In this document: positions 23,309-35,041 of the stretch, piece by piece
Position numbering within the stretch: position 1 is the first letter of the stretch
How the letters are laid out: each line of letters opens with the position of its first letter
Assembly (NCBI GenBank): GCA_963741205.1
Contig: CAVUHW010000013.1
Span: 96,001-160,000, forward strand
Origin: Nitrospirota bacterium
GTDB taxonomy: Bacteria; Nitrospirota; UBA9217
DNA length: 64,000 nt
Direction of reading: 5' to 3'
Notes under the pieces: generated by a model
Told to the model about the DNA's origin: nothing
Seen by the model: only the letters and a program-made list of their open reading frames with translations
Databases searched by the model: none
Made by a program: the position numbers and the translations under genes

Positions 23309-23936
23309 CTATCCCATCTTCTTATACGTCGTTGCCATCACGGATTTTTCAAGGGCCGCGACCTTTGTCAGAACGTCCTGCATGCGCGTCCAGGTCTCCT
23401 TGTTGTACGCCTCGTCCTTGATGCTGTTCACGTTGATCTTGACGTTCAGCGCCGCGCTCTGGGCGCAGGCCTGGGCGAGGAGCACGGCAACCCCGGCATC
23501 GCTCACGGCGCGACATTGCCGATATCGGCGGCGCGTTCCGCGAGCTTTGGCGACTTCAAGCGACTTGAGCCCGATTTCGAACGGGACCTGGCAGGCCTTT
23601 TTGAGCGCTTCCTGCATCTTTGCGGTACGGGCCGCCTTTTCCGCATCGGTGTTCTTCGGCATCTTGTAGACCTGGGACAGCGCCCCATAGGCCTCGGTAT
23701 CTTTCTGGATGAGGTCCTGCATGTCCGACCGGAGTTTCTCCGATTCTTTGAGCAGCGCTTCGACCTGCGGCTGAACGTCCTTGTATTTTTCCTTGCCCAG
23801 CGTGAGATTGGCCACCATGCTCACGAGCGCCGCGCCGAGCGCACCCGGTAAGGGCAGCCACGCTGCCGCCTCCCGGCTCGGGGGATTTGCTTGCCAGTTT
23901 GTCCATAAAGTGCCGCAACGGCTGATCGATATACAT
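23309..23936 (-). CDS. fchA: Cyclodeaminase/cyclohydrolase family protein (FchA-like methenyl-THF cyclohydrolase; frameshifted)
   Basis: LASKSPEPGGGSVAAL.GALGAALVSMVANLT, SDAGVA, ALNVKIN. Confidence 0.85.
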
Positions 23937-23976
23937 GGTTTCCTCCTGTATCCGTGATTAAGAGTCTGGGATACAA

Positions 23977-24005
23977 AGAATAATGAAAGCGACATTTTTT
24001 GTCAA
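23977..24005 (-). promoter_or_regulatory. Sigma70 promoter for fchA-folD
   Basis: TTGACA-17nt-TATTCT on minus strand. Confidence 0.6.
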
Positions 24006-24282
24006 TAAAAAAATCTATCCATGCCAGGTTGTCAGGTTCACGGTTCCTGATTGGCAGCCGCACCTTTCAGGGTGCGTTACTTGCCTCCAGGCGAGTCGAA
24101 GCATCGGTCTTTATGATCTTTCCAACCTTAACCCCGAACCGTGAACTTCGAATCTGCGCATCGATCATATAAACCCGTAATTTTAGAACACATCAAGCGG
24201 AAAATAGCAAAAGTTTTACTTGACTCTTTTTCATGAGCTTTGGTATTATGTAGAATTCTGATCTCGGGAGGATGCGCCGCTC

Positions 24283-25003
24283 ATGGATGTTTCACACGGA
24301 TTAACCCTGTCTGTTCTTTTCTTTTCGCTCCTCATGGGACTCGTCTCCTTTGCGTCTCCCATGCATTCTTCCCGCTCATTCCCTCGTATGTCTCCTATAT
24401 CACCGGGATAAGCTATGATGAACTCGTAAGCCCCGAGTCGCGCAGGAAGTAACATGAACGTTACCGTTCTTCACTCCCTCGCGTTTGTCGCGGGTTTTTC
24501 GCTTATTTTTGTGTTACTGGGGGCTACGGCAAGCTTTGCCGGAAGCGTCCTTTCGCGGCACCTCGATGCCATCCGGATCGCGGGGGGGCATTCTCATCAT
24601 CATCATGGGTGTCTTCGTCATGGACGTGGTGAACATCCCCTTTCTTCAGCGCGAGGCCAAACTGCAGCTCAAGACGCGGCCTGCAGGGTATGTCGGCACC
24701 ATGCTCGTCGGCATGATTTTCGGCGCCGGCTGGACCCCCTGCACCGGCCCCTTTCTGGGATCCGTGCTCACCCTGGCCATGGGAACCGAGACCCTTGGCC
24801 GGGGCATGGCGCTCCTTGCATTCTATTCGCTCGGCCTCGGGATCCCGTTTATCCTGTCGGCCATTGCTATCAGCGCATTCCTGTCGTCCTTCAACAGGCT
24901 GAAAAAACATTTCAAGATCATCAAGATAACAAGCGGCGCCATCCTGATCATCATGGGCGTGCTGCTTATCATGGACAAGATGACCATCCTTATAATCCGA
25001 TAG
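24283..25003 (+). CDS. ccdA: Cytochrome c biogenesis protein CcdA (frameshifted)
   Basis: SFASPCILPLIPSYVSYITG and FGAGWTPCTGP, YSLGLGIPF. Confidence 0.88.
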
Positions 25004-25027
25004 ACAATCGGCGGGAGAATAACGCAT

Positions 25028-25447
25028 ATGTCAGTTGACGGTTTGGATATATTGAAAGACAAGGATGCGCCGCTCTATACCATGGGGGTTGCCGCAAAAC
25101 TGGTCGGCACCACGGCGCAGACGCTGCGCCTCTACGAGAAGCACGGATTGATCCTGCCGACGCGTGAGCGCAGGAACAGGCTGTATACGGAAAATGACAT
25201 CAAGTGGCTGCGCTGCATCCGCGAGCTGATCCACTCCAAAAAGATCAGCATCGAGGGGATCAAGAAACTTCTCGACTATGCGCCGTGCTGGGAGATCAAG
25301 GATTGTCCCGACGATCGGCGGGCTGTTTGCACGGCTTTCACGGACAAGGGCAAGCCATGCTGGGAGACCACCCGGTGCCGCATGGAAAACGACTGCTCGA
25401 CCTGCGTGGTGTTCCTGAGGAACGGGAAAAAAGCGGCGAAGAAATAG
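25028..25447 (+). CDS. MerR-family (HspR-like) regulator with Cys-rich C-terminal two-CW domain
   Basis: PLYTMGVAAKLVG...QTLRLYEKHGL...RLY; CWEIKDC..C..PCW...C...CSTC. Confidence 0.88.
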   Translation: MSVDGLDILKDKDAPLYTMGVAAKLVGTTAQTLRLYEKHGLILPTRERRNRLYTENDIKWLRCIRELIHSKKISIEGIKKLLDYAPCWEIKDCPDDRRAVCTAFTDKGKPCWETTRCRMENDCSTCVVFLRNGKKAAKK

Positions 25448-25563
25448 CAGATAGAGCGACGAAGTCAGAATAGAAGATCAGACGAATCAGGAAGGTTCAA
25501 TATGTACGCTCACGTGTTCTAGTCTGATCTCCGTCGTATTCTCTGTACATTCTGGCATCTTCC

Positions 25564-26250
25564 TCACGGATGTTCCTCCACCCAGACCTCTCCCTCCGGC
25601 GTTGTTTCCTTCTTCCAGATCGGCGTGATCCGTTTTAACTCATCGATGCAGAAACGGCAGGCCTTGAACGCCTCGTCACGGTGGCCTGCGGCTACCGCGA
25701 TCAGCACGATGTTTTCTCCTACCGGCAGCGTGCCCACGCGGTGAATGATCAGTCACGTCGATCACTCCGTATTCTTTGATCGCCCGCTCCCTGATCTCCT
25801 CAAGTTTCTTTTCCGCCATGCCCGGATAGTATTCAAACTCGAGCTTGGCGACCTGCTTGCCTTTTGAGAAGTCCCGCGTCGTCCCGAGGAACGTGACGAT
25901 CGCGCCGATGGATGCGGACGCTCGCTTGAGGTCCGCGATCTCCCGGTCAAGAGAGAAGGGCTCTCGCTGGATACGTACACATCGCGGTGGGTTCGTCCCC
26001 GCCTGAAAACGGCGGCATAAGCGCCACCTCGTCTCCGTCTTTAACCCGCGATTCCGGCCTCACGAACTCCTGGTTCACGGAGACCAGTATCCCCCCGGCA
26101 GGCAAGGATGTCTGTGAGAGCAGGATGCTCCCTGGAGACCTGCTCCAGCAGGTCCGCTACCGTTTCTCCGGTGAAAGCGATGGATAATTCGCTCCGGCCG
26201 GCCTTGTCCTTTACGAGTGCGAAGAGCTTGATGGTGATCATAAATAGCAT
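25564..26250 (-). CDS. Molybdopterin synthase MoaD-MoaE fusion (MoaX-like; frameshifted)
   Basis: ITIKLFA...VNQEF...GDEVALMPPFSGG with no stop, then IGAIVTFLGTTR, HRVGTL, PIWKKE. Confidence 0.8.
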
Positions 26251-26275
26251 GGCCTCCAGCGGCAGCCAGCAAGAT

Positions 26276-26408
26276 GGTTATCCCCGAATGAATTTATCGG
26301 GGAGTCGGTTTTTTTGGATCAAGGCAACCATGTTGCCGTGATGACGCTTACACGGTCGGTTCGCGCCATAAACACCAGATTCCCGATTAAGGCATTCGGG
26401 AATGACGG
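26276..26408. repeat. REP-like inverted doublet
   Basis: GTTATCCCCGAATG...TCGGGGAGTC and GATTCCCGA...TTCGGGAATGACGG. Confidence 0.7.
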
Positions 26409-26422
26409 TTTTTCCCCCTGAG

Positions 26423-27265
26423 TTATTCTCCGGCCAAAAGCGCTTTGTCGGAGTGCGGAAACACGCCGCGCGCCTCCGCCTCATCGAACAACCGGCGTAC
26501 GGCGGCGAGGCCTTCCTGCCCCAGGTCCAGCGAAAAATCATTCACGTACAGGTCAATATGGCTTTTCATCACTCTTTCGTCCATCTCCTGGCTGTGCTGT
26601 TTGCAGTATCCCAGGACCTCGGCCGGGTGTGCATGGGCGTAGCGGAGACTCTCCCGGATGCCTGATTCAACGTCGAGCAGCGTTTCCCGCCCCAGAGAGC
26701 GTTTACCGAGAATGCCGCCCAGAGGGATCGGGAGACCCGAGTACTTCTCCCACCACTCCCCGAGGTCGAGCAGTTTTTCAAGCTTATAGAGCGGATAGGT
26801 AAAACGGCTTTCGTGGATGATGAGACCGGCTGTCGCTTCTCCCCGGGAAACGGCATCCATGATGCGGTCGAAGGGCATGACCATGACGTGCGTGAGCGAA
26901 GGATCGAAGAGGCGAAGAAGAAGATGGGCGGTCGTGAGCTTTCCCGGGGATCGCGATAGCGCCGTGTTTCAGGTCCGCAAGCGAAACGCCCGGCTTGGCG
27001 ACGATGAGCGGGCCCACAGCCCCGTCCGAGCGCGCCCCCGGAGCGGAGCAATGCATAGCTGTTCACGCAGATGTCCAAGGGCGTGGTACGAGATCTTGGT
27101 AAAGTCCAGCCTGCCTTCGAGCGCCATTTGATTCAGCGTCTCCACGTCTTCGAGCTGTTCGCGAAACTCGATGCCCGGGACCCGCACTTTCCCGTGGATG
27201 AGTGCATAGAAAATAAACGTATCGTTCGGGCAGGGAGAGTAGCCGATGGTGAGTGTTTTATCCAT
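26423..27265 (-). CDS. mqnD: 1,4-dihydroxy-6-naphthoate synthase (futalosine pathway; frameshifted)
   Basis: GYSPCPNDTFIF, EDVETLN, LIIHESRFTY, DLGEWW, LPIPLG, HIDLYVN. Confidence 0.93.
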
Positions 27266-27385
27266 AAAATTCAAATCCTGGAAATGCTCAGGCTGCCTCC
27301 AATGCCACAGCACATGCTTTAAGACTGTTTCAATGTCCGCAATCCATGCGATTTACCTGCAAGCCATGATTCGCTTCATCACTGC

Positions 27386-28115
27386 TCATGCCCTCCAGCA
27401 ATGCTGGATCTGAACCGCCCGCTGAGCTGCCTGCGCTGCCCGGGGAATGTCCCATTTCCGAAGATCGCGGTCCTCGACGATGTTCGATATCCCGCGAACC
27501 TCAAGCCAGGGGACGTTGTGCAGCGCCGCCACCTGAGCCACCGCGGCCCCCTCCATGTTTTCGCACAGGCCGTGATAGCGTGTTTCCAATTCCTTTGCGC
27601 GCTCGGTGGTCCCGGTGCAGGTTGAGAGGGTGACGAAGGTGCCGGCGTGTATCCTTTGCACCTGCGGTCCCTGAAGAGACTTGAGCAGTTGCAGTGACCG
27701 CATTACCAATGGCTCCGGAGCGGGATAGGTGGAATAAATACTCAGACGTAGCCGTCTTGACAAGAGGTATCCCGATGTATTCCGTATCCTTGAAACCTTC
27801 GGCGTCAGCACGCCTTCGTCGCCGGCGATTTCTTCCTTCGCGAGCGCGACATCGCCCACGATTGCGCCCCCGAGAGGGATAAGCGCCGCCCACGCCAAAG
27901 ACGAGAAGGACCTCGGGGTTAAAGCGAGTCAGCAGGAGCGTTGCAGCGTGGGAGGCATTGACCTTGCCCATGCCGCCGACGCACAAAAGAACACGCTGAT
28001 TATAAAGCGTACCCTCGATCACCGATTTGGACCCAAGTTTCACCGTGCTCGAAGCGGCGATTTCTTCGAGGAGGCGGTCGGCTTCGGCCTCGACGGCACA
28101 GATGAGGGCAATCAT
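27386..28115 (-). CDS. mqnB: Futalosine hydrolase (frameshifted)
   Basis: GGMGKVNA, GVGGAY, ENMEGAAVAQVA, EVRGISNIVEDRD..W. Confidence 0.88.
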
Positions 28116-28384
28116 AGAGTCCTTTTATTAAAGCAGTGTTTGAACATCTTATTGAAAAATAAGGAATTTACGGCACCAAGCACCCTCATTCAACCTTGTT
28201 CAGATGATTGCCCGGGCAAGCCGAATACCCTGAAAATCCCCATGAATATACCATACTTTTAATTGCACTTCTACGGCAAATTTGCTATGATAAGCGCGAT
28301 TTTACAGGTGTTTTTTCGTCCGAAACGACTTTCGCCCAGGGGTTGAAGCCGAGGGGCAGCATAATTCGGTCTTGACGGGGAGGG

Positions 28385-29579
28385 ATGATGTTGCGATTTT
28401 TAACCGCCGGGGAGTCTCACGGTGAGCTGCTCATGGGAATCATCGAGGGCATGCCTGCAGGCCTCTTGATCAGGGTAACGGACATAGACCGCGATCTTGC
28501 CAGGCGGCAGGCCGGATACGGACGCGGCGGCCGTATGAAGATCGAGAAGGACTCGGTCAAGATCTACACCGGCGTGCGCTGGGGCCGGACGCTCGGCAGC
28601 CCCATCGGGCTCATGATCCGGAACAAGGACTGGGAGAACTGGCGGGACAAGATGTCGCCGGACCCCATGTTCCTGAATTCCGCGGAGCCGGTCACGCGGC
28701 CCCGTCCGGGCCATGCCGACCTGGCGGGCGCCCTGAAGTACGGGATGACCGACATCCGGAACATCCTCGAGCGCTCGAGCGCGCGCGAGACGGCCATGCG
28801 TGTTGCCGTGGGTGCGGTGGCGAAGAGGCTGCTCGAAGAGTTCGGCATCGAGGTCGTGAGCCATGTGCTTTCCATCGGCGGGGTCTACGCCAAGGTGCCG
28901 AAGGTGTCCCCTGCGGAATCAAAAAAAGGGCGGAGGCCTCGGAACTGCGCTGCACCGACCATGAAGCGGAAAGACGGATGATGCACAAGATCGACGAGGC
29001 CAGGGCGGCAGGCGATTCCCTGGGCGGTGTTTTCGAGTTGATCATAACCGGCGTTCCGACAGGGCTCGGCAGTCATGCGCACTGGGACCGGAAGCTCGAC
29101 GGCAAACTCGCCGCGGCGCTCATGAGCGTCCAGGCGATCAAGGGCGTCGAGATCGGCGCGGGATTCGGCGTGGCGAACCGTCCCGGCTCCCTGGTGCATG
29201 ACGAGATCTTCTGGAGCAGGAAGGAAGGGTTCTTCCGCAAGACGAACATGGCCGGCGGCATCGAGGGCGGGATGAGCAACGGCGGGCCCATCGTCGCTTC
29301 GCGCCGCCATGAAGCCGATCCCCACGCTCATGAAGCCGCTTCGCTCCGTCGACATCGTGAGCAAGAAGCCCTTCAAGGCGGGCGTCGAGCGTTCCGACGT
29401 CTGCGCCGTGCCAGCTGCCGGCGTGGTGGCCGAGGCCGCTGGTGGCCTTCGAGATCGCGTCGGCCATGATCGAGAAATTCGGCGGCGACAGCATCGACGA
29501 GATGAAGCGGAACTACATCGCGTATGAAAAGCATCTGAAGGCGCGAATGGAAGTGGAAGAAGAACAGGAGAAGAAGTAG
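28385..29579 (+). CDS. aroC: Chorismate synthase (frameshifted)
   Basis: [51 protein letters not shown]. Confidence 0.96.
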
Positions 29580-29676
29580 GAAGTCAGAGTCAGAGAGTCA
29601 GAGACTCATGGCACGTCAGAGGAAGTCAGATCTTCCTCAGTGCATCTACGGTTTGCTCATGCAGCTGGAAAGACTC

Positions 29677-31285
<1,609 letters not shown>

Positions 31286-31373
31286 CGTAGCAGTGAGTAC
31301 AGTAGCAAGGTTTTGATCACCTTGCCCCTTGCTACTTGACCCTGACTCCTGACTCCTGACCCACGGAGGGAAC

Positions 31374-32067
31374 ATGAGCGAATATCTCTGGCATTGCCCG
31401 TTCTGCAACAGGGAGCAGACCGTTACCGAGAAGGACAGGCAGACGGCCTTCGCCGATCTCACCATTGATAATGCGGATGGCCCGCGTCGTCTCGTGACCA
31501 AGTTCGTGGTCTGTCCCAATCCCGAGTGCCGGAAGTTCTCGCTCTCCGCATCCCTGCACGGCACTGAAGCAGAGCGGAGGCCGTTCCTACACAGGGCAGC
31601 TTCAGAAGACCTGGGACCTCGTCCCGCCGTCCCGCGCCCGTTCCTTTCCCGTCGCCATCCCCCAGAACGTCCTTGAAGACTACCAGGAAGCCTGCATCAC
31701 CCTGGAACTAAGCCCCAAGGTCGCAGCAGCCCTGTCGCGTCGCTGCCTTTCGAAGATGCTGAGGGACTTCTGGCAGGTGCAGCCCGGCAGGCTCATCGAT
31801 GAGTTCCGCCAGATCAAGGGCGCGGCAGACCCCCTGACCTGGGAGGCGATCGAGTCCGTGCGAAACAGCGGGATGATCGGCGCCCGGTTCGAGAGCGAGG
31901 GTGCCGAGATCTTCGACATCGACCCCGGCGAGGCAAAGCTCCTGATCGGCCTGATCGAGACGCTCATCGAGGACTGGTACATCGGCCGGGAGGAGCGCAG
32001 GAAGCGTTTGAAGGGTATCAGGCAGATCACCGGAGAGCCGGCCTCGGAGAAGGCGCCGGAAGAGTGA
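31374..32067 (+). CDS. Zinc-ribbon plus DUF4145 (HEPN-like) domain protein (frameshifted)
   Basis: CPFC...CPNPEC; DYQEAC..LSPK.AAALSRRCL..MLRDFW; EA.LLIGLIE.LIEDWY. Confidence 0.75.
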
Positions 32068-32085
32068 GGGACGCCTGAAATCAGC

Positions 32086-32113
32086 TTGACAAAAAAGTGA
32101 TGTGTACTATAAT
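32086..32113 (+). promoter_or_regulatory. Consensus sigma70 promoter
   Basis: TTGACA-16nt-TATAAT. Confidence 0.7.
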
Positions 32114-32352
32114 TGGTCAGAGTTACCGTAAATTCGTTCCAACATCTGCCCACCATGACTAAGCTTGCTGCCTAAAATGAGGAATGGGAAATGCGGAGCG
32201 CGGAATTGAAATCAGAAGAACAGAAACTTAACCCGAAGCTGCATTGGAGCCGTTCAGAGAAATTGCGGCTGATTTAGTCTCCCGCCCCGATGGAATCGGG
32301 TTAAACTTAACTCCGGTACGGAGAAAGCGGAGAGAAAACCTTAGGAGCTGCC

Positions 32353-32691
32353 ATGGCCGAGTTTTTCAAAAGACGAAAAGTCAAAGTGGTTCTTGCCGCT
32401 ATCGCAGTTTGTATCCTGACGGTGTTATACAGTTACTTTGTCGCGGACACCATAACGACAAGAATAACCGACGCCCAGATGATGAAGGTGGATGGGAAGT
32501 TCATGATCGCCACAGAGGACCGGCCTTTTGTCAATTTTGACGCCAAATGGCGGTTCAAGTTCAATTCCGGCACCGTTCAGAACGACGCGATAAAGTTGCG
32601 GGGAAAGCTGGTAAAGATCAAAAAATACGGATGGCGGATACCAATTCTCTCTCAGTATGAGAATGTGGTGAAGATCGAAGAGGTTAAGTAG
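32353..32691 (+). CDS. DUF1523-like membrane-anchored protein
   Basis: N-terminal TM; FKFNSG.VQ and YGWRIP.LS..EN motifs; SD AGGAG. Confidence 0.65.
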   Translation: MAEFFKRRKVKVVLAAIAVCILTVLYSYFVADTITTRITDAQMMKVDGKFMIATEDRPFVNFDAKWRFKFNSGTVQNDAIKLRGKLVKIKKYGWRIPILSQYENVVKIEEVK

Positions 32692-32785
32692 AGGAAATTA
32701 CGGCCACACCTGCTTTACCGCTCCTCTCTCAAGTTCCCCGTCACATAAGCTTTTCTGCCAACCTGTCTTTTCAGGAACGCACAGC

Positions 32786-32980
32786 CTAATGCATCCGGCA
32801 GGTTATATCGACTATGCTGTGCGCTTCTTCCTTACTCATGCCGTCCGTCTGGTAATAGATATAGTCATCGACCATATCACAAAGCTCTTTGCGGGTAATG
32901 TCCGGAGCTATTGCGCGGACTTCACCTTGAAAAATCCTCGAAGCATCAGGAGCTGTTTCTTTTCTTTCTATCCTGTTCAT
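32786..32980 (-). CDS. Small hypothetical protein (64 aa)
   Basis: SD GGGAGG before ATG; protein-like composition. Confidence 0.5.
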   Translation of the reverse strand: MNRIERKETAPDASRIFQGEVRAIAPDITRKELCDMVDDYIYYQTDGMSKEEAHSIVDITCRMH

Positions 32981-33113
32981 CAGCCCTCCCTTCGACAGCA
33001 GAACCCCACTGAAAAACCACCTCTTGTGCAGCATGTGGTGCGTTCCCTGAAGGAAAAAAATCTGTCCCTATTTTTATTATATCAGTATTTTCCGTGAGGA
33101 GACACGCGGTGGA

Positions 33114-33881
33114 CTACTCCTTCCTCCTGAACGACAGCGCCGCGAGCGTAAGCATGACCGCAGAGATGGTCGCGACAACAACGAGGTCCAGCGCGAGCGA
33201 GAACTCCGGGCCGAGGGGAGGAGTGCCGTTCCGCAGCAGGACGTGCTTGAACGCGTCGATGCCGTAGGTGAGGGGGTTGAACATGGTCAGGTGGCGGAGC
33301 AGGGCGGGCATGGCCGTGACCGGGTACATGGCCCCGGAGAGGAACAGCATGGGCATGACGAGGAAGTTCATGATGATGTTGAACCCGTCAAAGGACGTGA
33401 GGCGCGCGGCAATCAGGATTCCCAGTGACGTGATGCAGAACGAGACCAGCACGGACACGGCCACGACTTCAACGAACTGCATCAGCGTAAGGTGTATGCC
33501 GAGGAAAGGGATGAGGACGAGGATGATGACGGCCTGCGCGACGGATATGAATGTGCCTGAGATGGCCTTCCCCACGACGATGGAAAGGCGCGAGATGGGG
33601 GCCACGAGCATTTCCTTCATGAACCCGAATTCCCGGTCCCAGACAATCGAGATGGACGAAAAGATCGACGAGAAAAGGATCGTCATGCCGATCATGCCGG
33701 GGAAGATGAATTGCAGGTACGAAAAGCCCGCCTGCGGCTTGATGAGAGAGCTCATGCCGTTGCCGACCACGAAGAGCCAGAGGACCGGCCGGGCAAGCGT
33801 GCCCAGGAGCCGGCTCTTTTCGCGGAAGAATTTTATGAACTCCCGGAGGCAGATGACGTAGATAGGCCGGAGCAGGATCAC
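33114..33881 (-). CDS. ABC-2 type transporter permease
   Basis: FIFPGMIGM, IVWDREFGFMKEMLVAP, NPLTYGID. Confidence 0.93.
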   Translation of the reverse strand: MILLRPIYVICLREFIKFFREKSRLLGTLARPVLWLFVVGNGMSSLIKPQAGFSYLQFIFPGMIGMTILFSSIFSSISIVWDREFGFMKEMLVAPISRLSIVVGKAISGTFISVAQAVIILVLIPFLGIHLTLMQFVEVVAVSVLVSFCITSLGILIAARLTSFDGFNIIMNFLVMPMLFLSGAMYPVTAMPALLRHLTMFNPLTYGIDAFKHVLLRNGTPPLGPEFSLALDLVVVATISAVMLTLAALSFRRKE

Positions 33882-34861
33882 CGCTGCGCCCTCCGGTGGC
33901 TCCGCACAAACTCGCGCGTCGCTTCCTTATCGTCCGGGAGAACTTCGTCCCTGATGGTCCTGCCGGTGAGTTTCAGGAACACGTCGTTCAGCGTGGGCTT
34001 CTTGAGGCTTACGGAGACGGTCCGGACCGGAAGCGAATGGATCATCTTCGGGATGAATTCATCGCCTTTTTCCGTTTCAAGGACCAACCCGCCGTTTTCC
34101 TCACGTGCACTGATGTTAAAACTCTTTTGGAGCTCCTCGATCGCGCGTTTATTGTCGGCAGTCACGAGATGAATAACATCGCCCTGCACCATCTGTTTGA
34201 GACGCGCGGGCGTGTCCAGCGCAATGATCCTGCCGTGGTCGATGATGGCGATGCGGTCGCAGTTCTCAGCCTCCTCCATGTAATGGGTCGTCATGAAGAC
34301 GGTGATCTTCTCTTTTTTTCTGAGCGTATTGATGAAATCCCAGATCGTGTTCCGTGTCTGCGGGTCGAGGCCCAGGGTCGGCTCGTCCAGGAACAGCACG
34401 CGAGGATAATGGAGGAGCCCCCGGGCGATCTCGAGCCGCCGCTTCATGCCGCCGGAGAAGTTCTTGATCAGGTCGTGCTTGCGTCCCTGGAGCTCGACCA
34501 CCCCGAGCATCTCGTCGATCCGTTTTTCCGTCAGCCTGCGGTCGAGGTTGTAGAGGTAGGCGTGAAACTTGAGGTTCTCATAGGCGGTCAGGCCGGAGTC
34601 CAGGGTCGTGTCCTGGAAGATGATGCCGATGGCCGCACGCACACGGTCGGGGTCCTTCGCGCAATCGAACCCGCCGATCGCCGCCGCTCCCGATGAGGGA
34701 GAGAGCAGCGTGCAGAGGATGCTGATGGTCGTGGTCTTGCCCGCGCCGTTAGGCCCGAGGAACCCGAAGACCTCGCCTTCCTCCACGTCGAACGAAATGC
34801 CGTCGACGGCCTTGAGCGCTTTGAACTGCTTGGAGAGATTTTGAACGGTGATGATGGACAT
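33878..34861 (-). CDS. ABC transporter ATP-binding protein (DrrA-like)
   Basis: GPNGAGKTT, FSGGMKRRLEIARGL, LDEPT, THYMEEAE. Confidence 0.95.
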   Translation of the reverse strand: MSIITVQNLSKQFKALKAVDGISFDVEEGEVFGFLGPNGAGKTTTISILCTLLSPSSGAAAIGGFDCAKDPDRVRAAIGIIFQDTTLDSGLTAYENLKFHAYLYNLDRRLTEKRIDEMLGVVELQGRKHDLIKNFSGGMKRRLEIARGLLHYPRVLFLDEPTLGLDPQTRNTIWDFINTLRKKEKITVFMTTHYMEEAENCDRIAIIDHGRIIALDTPARLKQMVQGDVIHLVTADNKRAIEELQKSFNISAREENGGLVLETEKGDEFIPKMIHSLPVRTVSVSLKKPTLNDVFLKLTGRTIRDEVLPDDKEATREFVRSHRRAQR

Positions 34862-34885
34862 GATTATTATAGATCGATACTTTTC

Positions 34886-35024
34886 CGTCATTCCCGAATG
34901 CCTCTATCGGGAATCCAGGTTATTCAAGCGAATGAATTCAAAGACACACCCTGCACTCGCGCTGCCGCACTCGTAAACGCTGGGTGCAGGCTGGATTCCG
35001 GCTAGAACCATGCCGGAATGACGG
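34886..35024. repeat. REP-like inverted doublet carrying an inserted 44-bp mini-element (34947-34990)
   Basis: CGTCATTCCCGAATG...GGGAATCCAG / CTGGATTCCGGC...GCCGGAATGACGG. Confidence 0.78.
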
Positions 35025-35041
35025 CTGATGTGAACTCGGTC

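Noticed and set aside
24006-24180. THF or ZTP riboswitch upstream of fchA-folD
   Set aside because: The predicted promoter is only about 40 nt from the start codon, and the hairpins lie upstream of it and match the heptamer repeat type.
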